Below are positions 11,110 to 23,337 of a DNA stretch of 64,000 nt, piece after piece (the stretch's first letter is position 1; each line of letters begins with the position of its first letter). Below the pieces are notes generated by a model. It was not told the DNA's origin and did not search any database. It saw nothing but the letters and a program-made list of their open reading frames with translations. The translations under genes and the position numbers were made by a program. The DNA is from Diplonema japonicum (lineage: Eukaryota > Protista > Euglenozoa: Diplonemea): positions 372,001 to 436,000 of the forward strand of contig OZ025706.1 in the NCBI GenBank assembly GCA_964019335.1. Direction: 5' to 3'.

Positions 11110-14100
11110 TTACTCTGTTTCACCATAGTCACAAAATTCGCAGGTTGTTCCAGGGGTTCCGCCCGAGATCACAGCAGGGCAGTACGTGCAGGTGGTCTGC
11201 GTGGTGTCGGCCCCGCCATCTGCGAAGAGCGCAAATGTCTTCCAGCAAAACGACTGGTCGGTTGCGGAAAAATAGGGCTCCGAGGAAGGGGACACATCGC
11301 TGGCAGCAGATGCAATGCACTGTTCCAGCTGATCGTCAAAGGTTTCGCTATCGGTAGAGGACTCTATGATGTGCTTCGCAAGGGTGTAGTAGCATGCTTC
11401 CATGCACCATCTCACGCCTAGCTTCACACACTGCAAAACGTGCTTCTTCTGCAGCGGAAGTTTCGAAGCCAAAAAGGTGATAACAGCGCACTTTTTCACA
11501 TCGTCTTCAAATCTGTCCTTCTCCAGCTGCTTCACCTCTGCAAGTATACGGCAGCACAAAATGTAATGCGTCACCTTTTTTTTTTTTTTTTTTTTTTTTT
11601 TCCCTCCACCTTCGCCCCAAATACCTGTATCAACGGGGTTTTCTTGGCCACCATTGTCGCGTCTTCTATTAGGTAAAACCTAGCAGCTTCAAGCCGCTTG
11701 ATTGCATCTGGAAATCGGGATTTCTCAAGCTTTGTCATGGCGTTTCGAAGGCACTGGATTTTTTTTTTTTTTTCTTTTTTTTTTCTTTTTTTTTTTTTTT
11801 TTCCTTTTTTTTTCTTTTTTTTTTTTCTCTTCTTCCCGCCTCCTCTCCAACATACATCACTAGGAGATGTTCCCAAAAAAGAAGGCGGTGGGGGTTTTTC
11901 AGGATGAGGTGAAGGTGAAGCTGGGTTGGAAGAGGTATCGTCTTTGGACTGGTCGGGCTGTTGCTTGGGTTGAGGAATCCCAAAGCCAAGCTGGAGGGAG
12001 GAGAGTGTAGGTTGCTTGTAAACAGCTTCCTTGTTGATGGTGAATTTTTTGAATTTCCGTTGCGTTCCGAACCCATCGTCGTCCTCCTCCTCACCGTTGG
12101 CCTCCCCGTCCTCACCTGCGAACGATGACAGGTACTGCCTCCGCAGCTCCTCCTGCTGGCGAGCAATTTCATCCTCGTCACCTTCATTGCTTTTCACGTC
12201 ATCATCCGCGTTGTGTGGGAAAGCAAATTCATCATTTTCGATTTCATCATCTTCACCATCATCATCATCAGACTCTTGAAACCCTTCTTGAACCAATCCA
12301 GCTTCACCATGTTCGAGTGGTTGCTGTCCCCATACAAATGACTTTAAATCGGTTAGGTCCATTCTGGGAAGGTCTTTTTCCTCGCCGTCGATTGTTTCCA
12401 TGCACGAGACCCCGTCAGAGGTCGTTCCGATGACCCATGTTTGGGTTTTTTTCAAAGCGGGGACCGGGTATTTCATTCTCTTCTCTTTTATCACTTCGGG
12501 GAGCTTCTCCGCTATCTTCTTCACGACGCTGTGCTTTGACAGCTCTGCTAGTTTTGCAAGACTCCTTGCGTCGTTTACTTTCCGGAGATAAGCCAGCACA
12601 GCAAAGGGATGGTTCATCAGCTCCAGTACACCATCGGCAGTGGGGGTGTCGTTTGTATGAACTGCACATTGAAACAGTAAAATCCCTGTTTCGATGAAAG
12701 GGCCTGGAGGCGGAGGGGGGGAAAAGTTCGAGACAGAGTTTACCCGCAAGCCTAGAACCTCACCTCTGAGGTTTTCCAGTGCCGATTTCATGTCTTTCAA
12801 AGCAGACGGGAGATCACCAGAGAGCATGTGAAGCTTGGATTTCTCCCTCCACGTAGAATTGATGTAAGGGTTGCCAGATAGACCAACTGAATAATTGGAA
12901 AGCTGCGCGGCAAGATCGCCGAGTCCGGATTCTGTAAGACGATGGAGGAGGGATTGGGTTGCTTGCGTGCAGTTGTAAGAAGCAGTGAGGGGTTTCAATG
13001 AGCTTCTTGGGTCGGGTTTGTGTGATAAGAAACCTTTGCACAGGGTTTCAAAATGGTTGGCGTGCTTGCTCCAGATGGCAACATCATCGCCATCAAAGGC
13101 AGTTGCAACCAAAAGCCGGTCGTAAAGAACACCTGCGATAACTGAACAGTCCGGGATAGACGCGATACGGCTAACATCACCATTCATGGTCATTACAAAT
13201 ACATTGCAGTGTGTGGTGAAGCATAAGCACGATCCTATCCAGTGGATGGCAGCAATGCTTGGTGTATAACCGCCAGGTGCCCTCACACATTTTATCGCGA
13301 GATTCTCGTCCACGATGATGACCCGGGATGTTGTTGCAATTCCGATATGGCCGCCGTCCTGCATCACAACCGCTTCATGGAAATATTCTTCAGGGTCTAA
13401 TAATATAGTTTTGTCATTGTCTGGTATTGGTACGAAACCGTCTGCTTTGAGCTTTTGAAGGTACACCTTCCCTGCCCCGTTCGCACACTGTGCGATAACC
13501 GTTTCTTCGTTGATTTTAATGGACAGGATTACAGTTGCCGTGTCGGTTGTGAAGCCTTCTTGTTTCACGAATTTATCGGGTGGGCCTTTTGGGGTCATGG
13601 TTGTTTTGTACACCCCGCCTTGTCCTTCCCTCCCGTTATGTTTCACAGTGATGTCAAGGTGGCCCCGGGTACTGTGTGAAATAGCTAATGGAGTGCAATG
13701 TTCCATCTCAACACCGCCGGCTGTTTTTGGGGTGAAAACGGTTGTCTCGTGCGTTGACGATACGATATCATGTGCTCTGACCACGATTTTGTTTTTCCCT
13801 CTTCCGGACAAGGAGTACACGACTCCAGGAAGCACCATCCGGCTGCAAGGGTTTACCCAGTATTCAGGTGGGGGTGATATGGCGGTTATGAGTGGAGCAC
13901 CAGTTCCCCTGTATCGTTTTGACGCCGACTGCAGCTTGTATATCATCAAACATCTCGCGCTGTCCTTCCCAACCTCCGTTCCGTAAAAACAATGGTAAGG
14001 ACAATGCGGAGCCACCGCCACGGAAATCGCGTTTCTTGTTGCGGCGGTGTGCATTGCAATACCATGTCTACCAGTGCCCTTCACCGGAATGTGCAAGTTC

Positions 14101-15098
14101 GCGATGTTTTCGTTCTCCGACAGAAACGAGAAGGCACACGAATTAGGTTTGAACACCTTGCTTTTTTTCTTGTCCTGAAGAGGTTGCAACGACACACCAG
14201 GTGTGTTCCCACCTTTCGCAACACCGCTCCCTTCCGTGTTCAGTGCGGAGTAACACCCTTTGTGATCCATAGAAAATATAACATTGCTGTCACCTGGATG
14301 AAAACAAGCATCTCTGTAATACACCCCAGGCGCATAGAAATCTCTGAGTTTATTAGGCGCACCAGGTATACTGATATCGTAGTAGATAATCAGAGATTTT
14401 TCGGCGACGAGGAGGAGCTTAACGTTCTTGTAGTAGCTTGTGATACCCTTTTTCTTGGATCGTTGTTTTTTCCCGGCTTGGCTTCCCCCTGTGTGGAACT
14501 TCACGGTGCAGTATCTCTTAACGGTGTCCTTGTTTTCTCGCTCGGCTTCGATAACGTTGTAAAGGCCGTGGGAGGTTATCTCAAACACCCTCACTGTACC
14601 ATCTACAGCAGCACAGACGAGCAGAGGCAATGTAGGGTGGGTCGACATGCATGTGATAGCGGTGTTGTGGCCGGTGAACCCTTGGAGCTTCTTATTTGTT
14701 GAGAACAGATTTAACGCAAACGCCGAAACCGATTTCACCCTTGAAAAAATCAGTTGGCTCCCATATAGTGTGACGCACTCAAAGCGCCTCTCGCCTTTCT
14801 CTCCTTTAGTCAGATGCTCTGCTAAGATGTGCCCGTCCGTGAAATCGATGACCACTACAGACCCATCCACGTTGCACACCACCAATGCGGTACGGGAAGG
14901 CAGCACCATCATCTCCATAGGGGGCACGCTCAAGGGGAAGTCCCCCACCTTGCTCCCTGTTACAATATCATATTCCACAACGCTCCCCTTCAAAGCCACA
15001 TAGACACTAGGAAGCATCGGGTGAAAGCACACGGAAACAACATCTTTGGCACACAACCCTTGCGGTAGATGAACCCCCTTGAAGGGGGCTACTTCCAT
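11110..15098 (-). CDS. TSET/TPLATE complex beta-propeller subunit (TTRAY/TWD40-like; WD40 plus alpha-solenoid plus coatomer-alpha-like Cys-rich C-terminus)
   Basis: N-terminal WD40 repeats (GHNTAITCMSTHPTLPLL); WIGSCLCFTT...IAGVLYDRLLVA, GDLAAQLS, LPLQKKHVLQC and terminal CxxC..CxxC motifs. Introns 11754-11855 and 11575-11624 join the two ORFs. Confidence 0.72.
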
Positions 15099-15272
15099 CT
15101 CTTTCTTCTTTTTTTTTCTCCCCCCCTTTTGCTTCTTTCTTTTTTTTTTTTTTTTTTTAAAGTCGATTTTCGAAAGAAAAAAAAAAAGAGGAAAAAAAGA
15201 TTTTAATATGAGTTAGATCCTCTACTGGGTGTAAATACTTTTTTTTTTCTCTTTCCCTTTTCTTTTTTTTTT

Positions 15273-16883
15273 TTAACCGCCAACGTCTCTAAAGAGCCTT
15301 CCATTCGGCTTCTTACATCTTCCCTGCCTTGACACATCTCGGACACGATAATATGATATATCATACAGCGGCTCCGCCCATGGTGGGGCGGTGCGGCCGT
15401 TGATGCCCAGCGGGAGGTGATGCCGCCAGCATTTGAAGTTGTTCCCTCCAGTGTGGTGTATTAAAGAGGGCTGGGGCGGGTAGAGGGTTTCCAAGGTTTG
15501 GAAAAACTGCGAGTGTGTGAACTTAAAGGGAGCGACGTTCCAAGGGATGAAGTAAACCCCAGGCCACGCGTGCTGCGAGAAAAACGGCAGTTTGAAACCA
15601 AGCTTGACCATCCCAGAACGGTCCCAACCCATAGTCACATTGTCGTACTTCTTCACAGCCCGGCTAAAGAATGACAACTGGTCACCATGGTGTATCTCAC
15701 CATCGATGACCCATGACCATTTCACATCGTAAACAGGTATACGGCCTTCGTTCTCGAAGATTCGGTCGAGGATTGGTTCTGGTATTTTTGCGAGTTTTCT
15801 GCCTGATTTTAAAATCCAGAGTTGGGGGGAGTATCGGGTGCATTTTATGTCGATGGTGAAGTTGTTCGCGCCGCTCATTCTTCTCAGCAGCGCTACGTTC
15901 AAACTCCGCTGGTCATAAGGATGGTACCACCCGCACCCATCTGGATGTTGTTCTGTTCCATTCTTCGCCATGTTTTCCGACGTCTCCACCGTGGCAGCTT
16001 CGTTCCACCACGCCGACAGAACATCCGGTAATATCTCTGTTCGCTGCAGAGCGAGGATCCCAGCACAGGGTTCGTCATACGGCATTTCATCCTGCATTGA
16101 AATTGTCCAGCGATCGTTCATCGGTAGGAATGGGGAGAACAACCCGGTTTTCCATTTAAACGAAAACGCTTCTTCAGTGAAGAAGGCATCGTTGTCGATG
16201 TACACCAACCGTGTCACGGAAGGGTGCAACGCGAAGGCAGCGTGGATGGCCAGCACCTTGATGTAAAAAACATTCCTCGGGAACTGAATGAGATCCCCGT
16301 AGTCCGCTTTTGTGACTATCGACAACAACTGCGGTATCTTGTTGTGGTGTGCGAACGCGGCACCATTGAAGAGCGCTTCCCACGTATTGTCAACGTACTG
16401 CATCTCAGAAGCGTGCCTGAGCAGTACTGTGTGTAAAGGTACATTTGCTATCTTACCCTTCACGTGATCTGTTCTTAGCAAAGGACCGCATTTGATGTCG
16501 TTGGAGTCACGGACACTACCGTTTACCTCTTGCAGGTCTTCTGTCCAGTCTGCCCATGGTCTGCATGAACCTGTTGCGTTGCAAACCCAGTAGTACCCAA
16601 CACCGCAGAGGGACTGCAAAGGGTCTCGTTTCCCTACGCGGTGCTGCACGTCTTGATAGATTCTTTTTGCCGCGTGTGCCCAGTCGTGTTTCTCCTTTAT
16701 TGGGTTTGTGCCGATTTTCAGGGTCCGTTCGTAATATGCGTCGCGTTGTTTTGCGGTGGGGGTGGTTAGATGTTTCGCCTTGTTGCCTCCCCCCCCGTTG
16801 AGATCGACCAATGCGATCCGTACCAACGTTGTCACCAATACCCCTGCGCACAACAACCCAACAGTGTGTGTGTAATAAACCAT
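15273..16883 (-). CDS. Type II membrane glycosyltransferase, GT34 (GMA12/MNN10)-like
   Basis: N-terminal TM anchor, FYIKVLAI, DxD motif YIDNDAFF, CAGILAL, YDQRSL, LIHHTG; ATG at 16883 follows poly(A). Confidence 0.7.
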   Translation of the reverse strand: MVYYTHTVGLLCAGVLVTTLVRIALVDLNGGGGNKAKHLTTPTAKQRDAYYERTLKIGTNPIKEKHDWAHAAKRIYQDVQHRVGKRDPLQSLCGVGYYWVCNATGSCRPWADWTEDLQEVNGSVRDSNDIKCGPLLRTDHVKGKIANVPLHTVLLRHASEMQYVDNTWEALFNGAAFAHHNKIPQLLSIVTKADYGDLIQFPRNVFYIKVLAIHAAFALHPSVTRLVYIDNDAFFTEEAFSFKWKTGLFSPFLPMNDRWTISMQDEMPYDEPCAGILALQRTEILPDVLSAWWNEAATVETSENMAKNGTEQHPDGCGWYHPYDQRSLNVALLRRMSGANNFTIDIKCTRYSPQLWILKSGRKLAKIPEPILDRIFENEGRIPVYDVKWSWVIDGEIHHGDQLSFFSRAVKKYDNVTMGWDRSGMVKLGFKLPFFSQHAWPGVYFIPWNVAPFKFTHSQFFQTLETLYPPQPSLIHHTGGNNFKCWRHHLPLGINGRTAPPWAEPLYDISYYRVRDVSRQGRCKKPNGRLFRDVGG

Positions 16884-16971
16884 GTTTTTTTTTTTTTTTT
16901 TTTTTTTTTTTTTCTCTCTCTCACCCCTCCCTCCCCGTCTTTTTTTCTTGTTTTTGTTTTTTGATGTTCTT

Positions 16972-17003
<32 letters not shown>

Positions 17004-17502
17004 AATTTCGGTGTGCGGGTGGGTGCTCACCGAGGCGCGGGGAAGCATTCTTCCCACTCTTTGCTGTGCACTTCTGAATACGTCCTAAGATGTATCGCAT
17101 CCTTCCAGCCTTCTCTGTGAGCCAGTCCTGGTCGTCGAGGGGTCCAGCCAAGGACTGTCGGGTGGCCTGCTCATAGTCTACTGCTAGCTCCATCGTCGTG
17201 ACGGACGTCAACTTCCTGCCTGCGTACCATCTTAGGCTTTCAGCCACCTGAGGACGCTCTTTATGTAGAACATTAGGACCTTTCCCGACGCTCCGTTCGA
17301 TTTCAACAGCTCCACTGTGGGCACAGTGTGCTGCTTCCCCGTTGTGATCTCATCCCACGGGTTGGTGGTGAGGATCCTGGTGCTCCGTTCAGCCGGTCGC
17401 TCTGGCGTCTCAAAAAAAAAAAAAAAAGGAATGAGATTAACTGACGTAGTACACTTTTTTTTTTTTTTTTTTTCCCCTTATTCTCCAACGGAAAATAGGT
17501 TT

Positions 17503-17534
<32 letters not shown>

Positions 17535-17542
<8 letters not shown>

Positions 17543-17897
17543 CAGAAGTGTTGTTTGTAACTGACTCTGCCAGGGTGGTTGTAGAAGCTTGGGGTGGGGT
17601 GGATATGGAGGCGGGGGCTGAGGCGGTCGAAGAGAAAAGCGAGAAGATGGACAACCCAAAGTAGAAGTAGAGAAAGAGGAAAGTAGCAGCTATGAGTTTC
17701 CAATGCCGGCGTAACTGCTCGTTTTTTTTTTCTCCCCCCTTTGTTCTTCCATACCAATCTCCCGTATAACGGTATGACCTCGCGCAAGCAAGCAGGGACC
17801 CCCTTCCTCATAATGACAGGTAAGGACCGCGAGAGCTTGTGAGCCGTTGGTGTTGTCGCAGCGTCCAAGTTCAGGAAATTTTCAGGGTTTGTAATGA

Positions 17898-17942
<45 letters not shown>

Positions 17943-18462
17943 CCCCTAAACTGCACAATACCTGGTCACTGCACCTTGTAGTGTACACCATCTTCCCTGC
18001 TACTTCCAGTGTCTGCTCCTGCACTGCCATGAGGGCTCCGTGAGGGTCGGAAAACTTATAATGGGCACCGTTGCCTCTTTTTCTCGGTATTCTGCAGTTG
18101 ACGACAGAGCCAAACCTCTCGTTAAGGGCCGCCCTGATGTTCGCAATGAACTCCCAGTCCGCCCCGAAGACAGTGACCCACGTCTCAAGCTCAGTTTGGT
18201 ACGGCTCCTCTTCTTCTTGCTCCTCTGCGGGCTGCACCGATGGTCCCCTTCTCTGTGGTGAGCCTGCAATGTGAGGCTGCTGCCGTGCAGGGCGCTGCGT
18301 TGCGCGCGGCATGTTCATCATTGGCCTCCCACCCGAGAATATCTCCCTCACAGCCGGGACCCCGTCCACTGGCTGAGCCACCCCCGGACCCTTCTCCGGC
18401 CCGAGCCCTTGCATCAGGGCTGAAAAATTATACTGAGGAACATTTCCCCGTGAAGCCGCCAT
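17535..18462 (-). CDS. Nup35/Nup53-type nucleoporin with C-terminal transmembrane helix
   Basis: MPPN-type RRM WVTVFG...FGSVV...GNGAHYKF. Removing introns 17902-17961 and 17715-17754 yields RRHWKLIAATFLFLYFYFGLSIFSLF (TM) plus a Ser/Thr tail, with the stop at 17535. Confidence 0.72.
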
Positions 18463-18649
18463 TTTCCCCCTTTTTTCTTTTCTCGCTTCTTTTTTTTTTT
18501 GATACCCTTTTTTTTCTTCTTTTTCTTCTTATGAACATAAACACAACGGAAGGGGGATGACAACAAAAATAAAGAGAAGAAAAAATGAGAGATTGGTATT
18601 TTTGTCCCCCTCCCCCCGACGAATGCGTCGAGACAGCTTTTTTTTTTTT

Positions 18650-20230
18650 TTAAAAGCTCCCCGTGCTGCCATCGCTCTCGCCGCACTCCACACCACCGTC
18701 AGCGAACCGCAGCACTTCTTCGTAGAACCTCGTAATGCAGCCGTCCTGAAGAATCGTGTTGAAGGGGACAAGCGGTGGTCTCTGCATGGTGACGGCAAGA
18801 GTCACATCGAGTAATGAGATGGCAAGTAAAGCATCAGAGATGGTGGCGGCAGGACGCTGATGGAGGAAAGCAGTGGCAGTGGTAAGCCGTAAGAGAGAAG
18901 AGAGAAACGATGGTGGCGGCAGGCGGGTCAACCGCGTGGCTAAGAAGTACCTCCGCAGAAGCGACCCGGGCTCCTCAGGGATCTCTGGGGGTGTGGGACA
19001 GCCCGACGAAAGCAACGCAACAAGCCCAGGGTGCACCGCAGCCTCAGCAGCAGCACGGAACCCACCATCATCCTCATTAACAGCGGCAAGAATGCAACTT
19101 AATTCATCGGCCTCACCACAACTTTCCACCGCAATGTCTACTGTACCCAGCATGTCGTGTCTTTCTGTTAGAAGGCTGCATTGACACCGCACGTCCCATT
19201 CACCCATTCGAACTAGGCCCTTTTTGAGGATCTCCTTGTTGTGGTCGGTCAGCTTCGTCTCCTCCGAGATGTACAAAACACCGTTGTTGCTTCGTGCAAA
19301 GCCACCTCCTTTGATCTCGTTCGTCTTTGAAACCCATTCAGGTGGCGTTGTTGATGAACCGCATTTGTAACTATGCCGTATGGTGTAGGCTATCAATCTA
19401 TTCACTGCTGATGACGGTTTCAGGTAAGTATGGATCGGTTCGAGACCTGTTGCTGATGATGCGCAGGTTAACAGAACGGCAGTGCGTGCAGGGAGTGAGC
19501 ATTGTGACCACCCACCGAAGCTGGTAAGTATTTGCATTGTGGTCGCCCAGTCCGTTTCAAGCCCGCTGCACAACGAGGGACCGCCTCGGATCCAAACGGG
19601 TTTAACTAAAGCATCTACGCTAACAGCCTTCAGAACGACGTATCCTTCCCTGTCCACGGCAGGGCAGGTCCCGATGCACCTTACGTCCGAACCGATGTCA
19701 ATCCTGTTCACCATGAACGGGGTCAACCTTACTCTCGTTTCTCCTACTTCGTTTGTAACCACTATGACCGGACTCAGCGTAGAATGCCCTATCACTGCTG
19801 TTACCGTCCCCGTGAATTGAGCCATGTTTAATGGATGCTTGTCGTTGGTCCGGGAGTGGTGTAGAATTGTGTTGCACCCTGAGTTTTCAAGGTGGGTTAA
19901 TGGGTAGGCAGTTGATGCTATTAACGGGATTTGAGTAAGTTCGAGGTACACGTTTAGTGACCCGGGGGCGATGCCGAACGTGAAGTAGCCGTTTAAAAAC
20001 GCCAAGATCACTTGTTCTACTTTATTCTCTGCGAACTGGTACTCCCGCAGCAACAGCATGCCTACAACTGGTTCCCAGTTTGACACAGTTACAGCATCTA
20101 TCTTGACCCCGATTCGAATCTCTACAACACCTTCTTTCACCTGTAAAAGGGCCTGCTGCACTATCCCATTGAGGCATTCTTCTCTTGCAAGCATTTTAAA
20201 AATGAGCTTGTCCAAGCCATCGAGGGGCAT
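18650..20230 (-). CDS. Degenerate MCM-family protein (MCMDC2-like)
   Basis: OB-fold-like middle region (IGSDVRCIG), GGGFARSNNGVLYISE (MCM box remnant), AAA-lid LLRRYFLATR...SLLRLTTATAFLHQR..ATISDALLAI; no intact Walker A. Probable start MPLDGLD at 20230. Confidence 0.68.
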   Translation of the reverse strand: MPLDGLDKLIFKMLAREECLNGIVQQALLQVKEGVVEIRIGVKIDAVTVSNWEPVVGMLLLREYQFAENKVEQVILAFLNGYFTFGIAPGSLNVYLELTQIPLIASTAYPLTHLENSGCNTILHHSRTNDKHPLNMAQFTGTVTAVIGHSTLSPVIVVTNEVGETRVRLTPFMVNRIDIGSDVRCIGTCPAVDREGYVVLKAVSVDALVKPVWIRGGPSLCSGLETDWATTMQILTSFGGWSQCSLPARTAVLLTCASSATGLEPIHTYLKPSSAVNRLIAYTIRHSYKCGSSTTPPEWVSKTNEIKGGGFARSNNGVLYISEETKLTDHNKEILKKGLVRMGEWDVRCQCSLLTERHDMLGTVDIAVESCGEADELSCILAAVNEDDGGFRAAAEAAVHPGLVALLSSGCPTPPEIPEEPGSLLRRYFLATRLTRLPPPSFLSSLLRLTTATAFLHQRPAATISDALLAISLLDVTLAVTMQRPPLVPFNTILQDGCITRFYEEVLRFADGGVECGESDGSTGSF

Positions 20231-21065
20231 GTAAGGTGGAGGAAAACTGCAATGTAAAATAAAAAGGGGGGCTTTTTTGAAAAAGAGGAAGATTTTTTTT
20301 TTAATAAAAAAAAAGGGGGTACAGCAAAGTTTCAAAAGGGAAAGAAATTGGATGGGACACAAGAAAAAGAAAGAAGAAGAAAAAAAAAGGAAACGCAAAA
20401 GATAATTTTTCAAAAAAAAAAATAAAGAAATAGGGGGGAAAAAAAAACGGCGGTGTGGCAAATTGTGAGGGCTTTTTTGTTCATTCTTTTTGTTTTTCTT
20501 TTTCTTTTAAATTTTTAATTGACACTCCAAGTTTCTGTGACAGTGTATAATGGGGGGGGGGGGGGGGGGTAAAGCAAAAAGTATTGGTGAGATAGGCGTT
20601 TTTTTCTCTTTCCCCCATACTCGAATTTCTTTTACCTAGAAAAAAAGAGGGCGAGAGAAAGAGAGAGAGAGAGAGAGGCGTGAGCGGATATGTGTGTTAT
20701 CCTTGGCAAATAAAACAGTAGCAAATTCGAAGAGAAGCTAGAAAGGATAGCGAAAAAAACAAAACAATGAAAAGTGGAGATTAAAAAAAAGAATTAAAAT
20801 GCGAAGCCCCTCTCTCTCTCTCTCCCCCTCCCCCTCTACTTTTTTTTTATATCAGGGTTACTGTGACCCCCCTTCCCACCACCTTTTTAAGCCCAATTCC
20901 CCATGGTTTGTCCCCCCCCCCTTTTTTTTCTATTATGGCAACAACGGGGGAAGTAAAAATATGGGGGAGTGGGAAGAAACAAAACAATGAACAGACCGGA
21001 AGAAAGAAGAAAAGGAAAAAAAAAAAAAGAAAAAAAGTCCCCTCCCTTTTTCGTTTTCCTCGTTC

Positions 21066-23337
21066 TCAGTTCATCTGCGATTGCAACGCCGCGATCTGAC
21101 TGGCAAGGAGGGCTTGCTGCTGCTCGATGAGGCTCATTTTGGAAGCATGGTCGGGGAGCCCATCTAGCTGGGAAGCGATATCCACAGACGGGGCAGCTAC
21201 CGCAGCCGGTGCCGAAACCTGTGCTGGCATGACCGGTGCTGCCACTGCTGCAGGAGCAGGAGCAGGAACAGGAACAGGAGCAGGAGCGGCAGCAGAAGCG
21301 AACAAAGACTGTGCGTGTGATGTGTGTGCTGCATGCAGCATGTTTTCATACCCCAAACACGTCGTTTGCATTGCTGGCAGCCGGTGCAGGTATCGGTGCA
21401 GGCTGTGCCGGGGGCACCGGCAAGGGAGCACTCACACCCCCCAGGCCCCCCAGGTCCATCATGAACGGGTCAGCGTGCTGCAATGTTTGTTGCTGGTGTA
21501 CAGGTGCTGCTGGGGCGGGAGTGGGCTGTATCTGAGTGTTGTATGTTATGTCGATGAAGCACACCTGTGGCAACCCAAACACATCAAGCGATGCAGCAGG
21601 AGGAGCAGGCGAGGAGGCAGCAGGAGCTGGCGTAGGCGCAGCTGGAGCGGCAGACGCACCGAACAAAAAGTCCAAATCATTAGCAGGTGCTGTGGCTGTG
21701 GGTGCAGGGACAGGAGTGGGGAGGTGCGGTGCGGGCACTGACGCCAGGCCGGATTGACCAAAAACCCCCAATCCATTGTCAGGAAGTGTAGCTGTGGGTG
21801 CAGGGACGGGGGCAGGGAGGGACGGAGTGGGCACTGCAGACGCCAGATTAGATTGACCGAAAAACCCTAACCCATTGTCAGAAATCGGTGCTGTGTCCGC
21901 ATGTCCATTGCTGCTCATGCTCATATCCAAGGCTAAACCATTACCCGCACCATTGTCAAGGCCGAGAGACCCATCCATGGACATACCCTGGAACATGTCC
22001 GCTGCAGGTGGTGCTGCCACCCCCACCTTTTTAGAAGGCTTCCGCTTCTTTATCCCAGTAGTTTTCTTCTTGGTCTCCTCCTTGCTAGCCAGGGTGGCCG
22101 TCGGCATGGCCTCCATACTGCTCTCTTCTTCTTGCACGTATTTTGGTGCAGCAGGTTCCGGGGCCTTAGTTGACCTCTTCAAAGGAAGCCCGAGGGCGAT
22201 AAGGCACTTCTTAGCCTTCTCTTTGACAGAGTGTTGCACGACGTTGACGTTGCGGTAGATGTCCTCGGGGTTCTCCGTGAAGTAGTCGAGGACCTCTTTG
22301 TTACCAGCGCGAGCAAGGGCTTCGATGCAGATGAGGGCGTTCATACGCAGCGTCCAAACGATCTTCTGCTGGATCTTCTCGTCAAGTCTGAAGACCATGT
22401 CTTCCTGTTCACCAACGGGGATCCGTTCCACCTCTTTTGTCAACTTGCCGATCTCAGTCCGCCCGATAGTTTTCAATGAAACAAAATTGTCGATGACAAG
22501 CTGTGCATGGTTGAGCGCGATCGCTGCGTCTTGAACAGTAGGAACGATAGATTGTGGTGTGTCCTTTGTCTCATTGAGGAACTTGAACGTTCCTGCGGGA
22601 GGTTCTGCGGGGGCCGAGGTGGTGGTGGGCACGGCAAGGTCGATGGTAATCCCGGAGTAGGTACCGGTCTGGCCTTGCTCCATCTGTCGTGCAAGGTCGT
22701 CATGATTAGTTGAACCGGCGAAGAGACCGAAACCAGTTTTGGCCGCAGCGGCGAATTGATACAAATGCGACTCCTGTCCTACAGGAGGCTGTGTCGTTCC
22801 CGAACTAATCCCATTGAGGCGGTTAAATTCTGATTGGAAACGATCGGCTCCAGACGAGCTTCCCGTGCTCGCGTTTGGCATCGCCATGTGTTCCTTGAAA
22901 GAATCGTTTTTAACACCGGGTTCTGTGGATCCACCGCCGATGCCTTCCAACTTCGTGAGCTTACCAACAATGCGCTCTGCTGCGCACGCTTCGATGGCTT
23001 CTCTTGCAGCTGTTTTGATGAGCTCGTTCAAGGAGGTTCCGAAAACGGCATCTTCAGCCCCACGATAGTTTGCGTAGGCTTTCAAATCGTCGGTTTTCTT
23101 TTGGTAGTACCGCTGAAAGTCAACGTGGCCATTGGCAGCTACGTACTTCACCATTTTCAGACACTTCTGGATTTGGTGCGGGTTCGTCGCGGCTTGTAAC
23201 CGTGTGAAGATGAAGGCTGCAACCTTGTCGCAGGTCTTCCCATCCTTCTGCGTCATGCTAGCAATGTCCCTATACATGTGGCCCATGGTAGGCTCTGGGT
23301 TTGCCTTTGTGGCTTCCTTAATAAGCTTTTTATCCAT
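21066..23337 (-). CDS. Tepsin-like ENTH/VHS protein (AP-4 accessory)
   Basis: N-terminal ENTH-like LIKEAT..PEPTMGHMYRDIA...KCLKMVKY, a second VHS-like block (WTLRMNALICIEAL) and a Pro/Ala-rich tail; introns 21526-21564 and 21309-21351. Confidence 0.8.

Noticed and set aside
17030-17410. GC-rich stretch with a short ORF (VAESLRWYAG...)
   Set aside because: An in-frame stop lies upstream, there is no ATG and no recognisable family; possibly a relic or UTR, but I cannot support a call.
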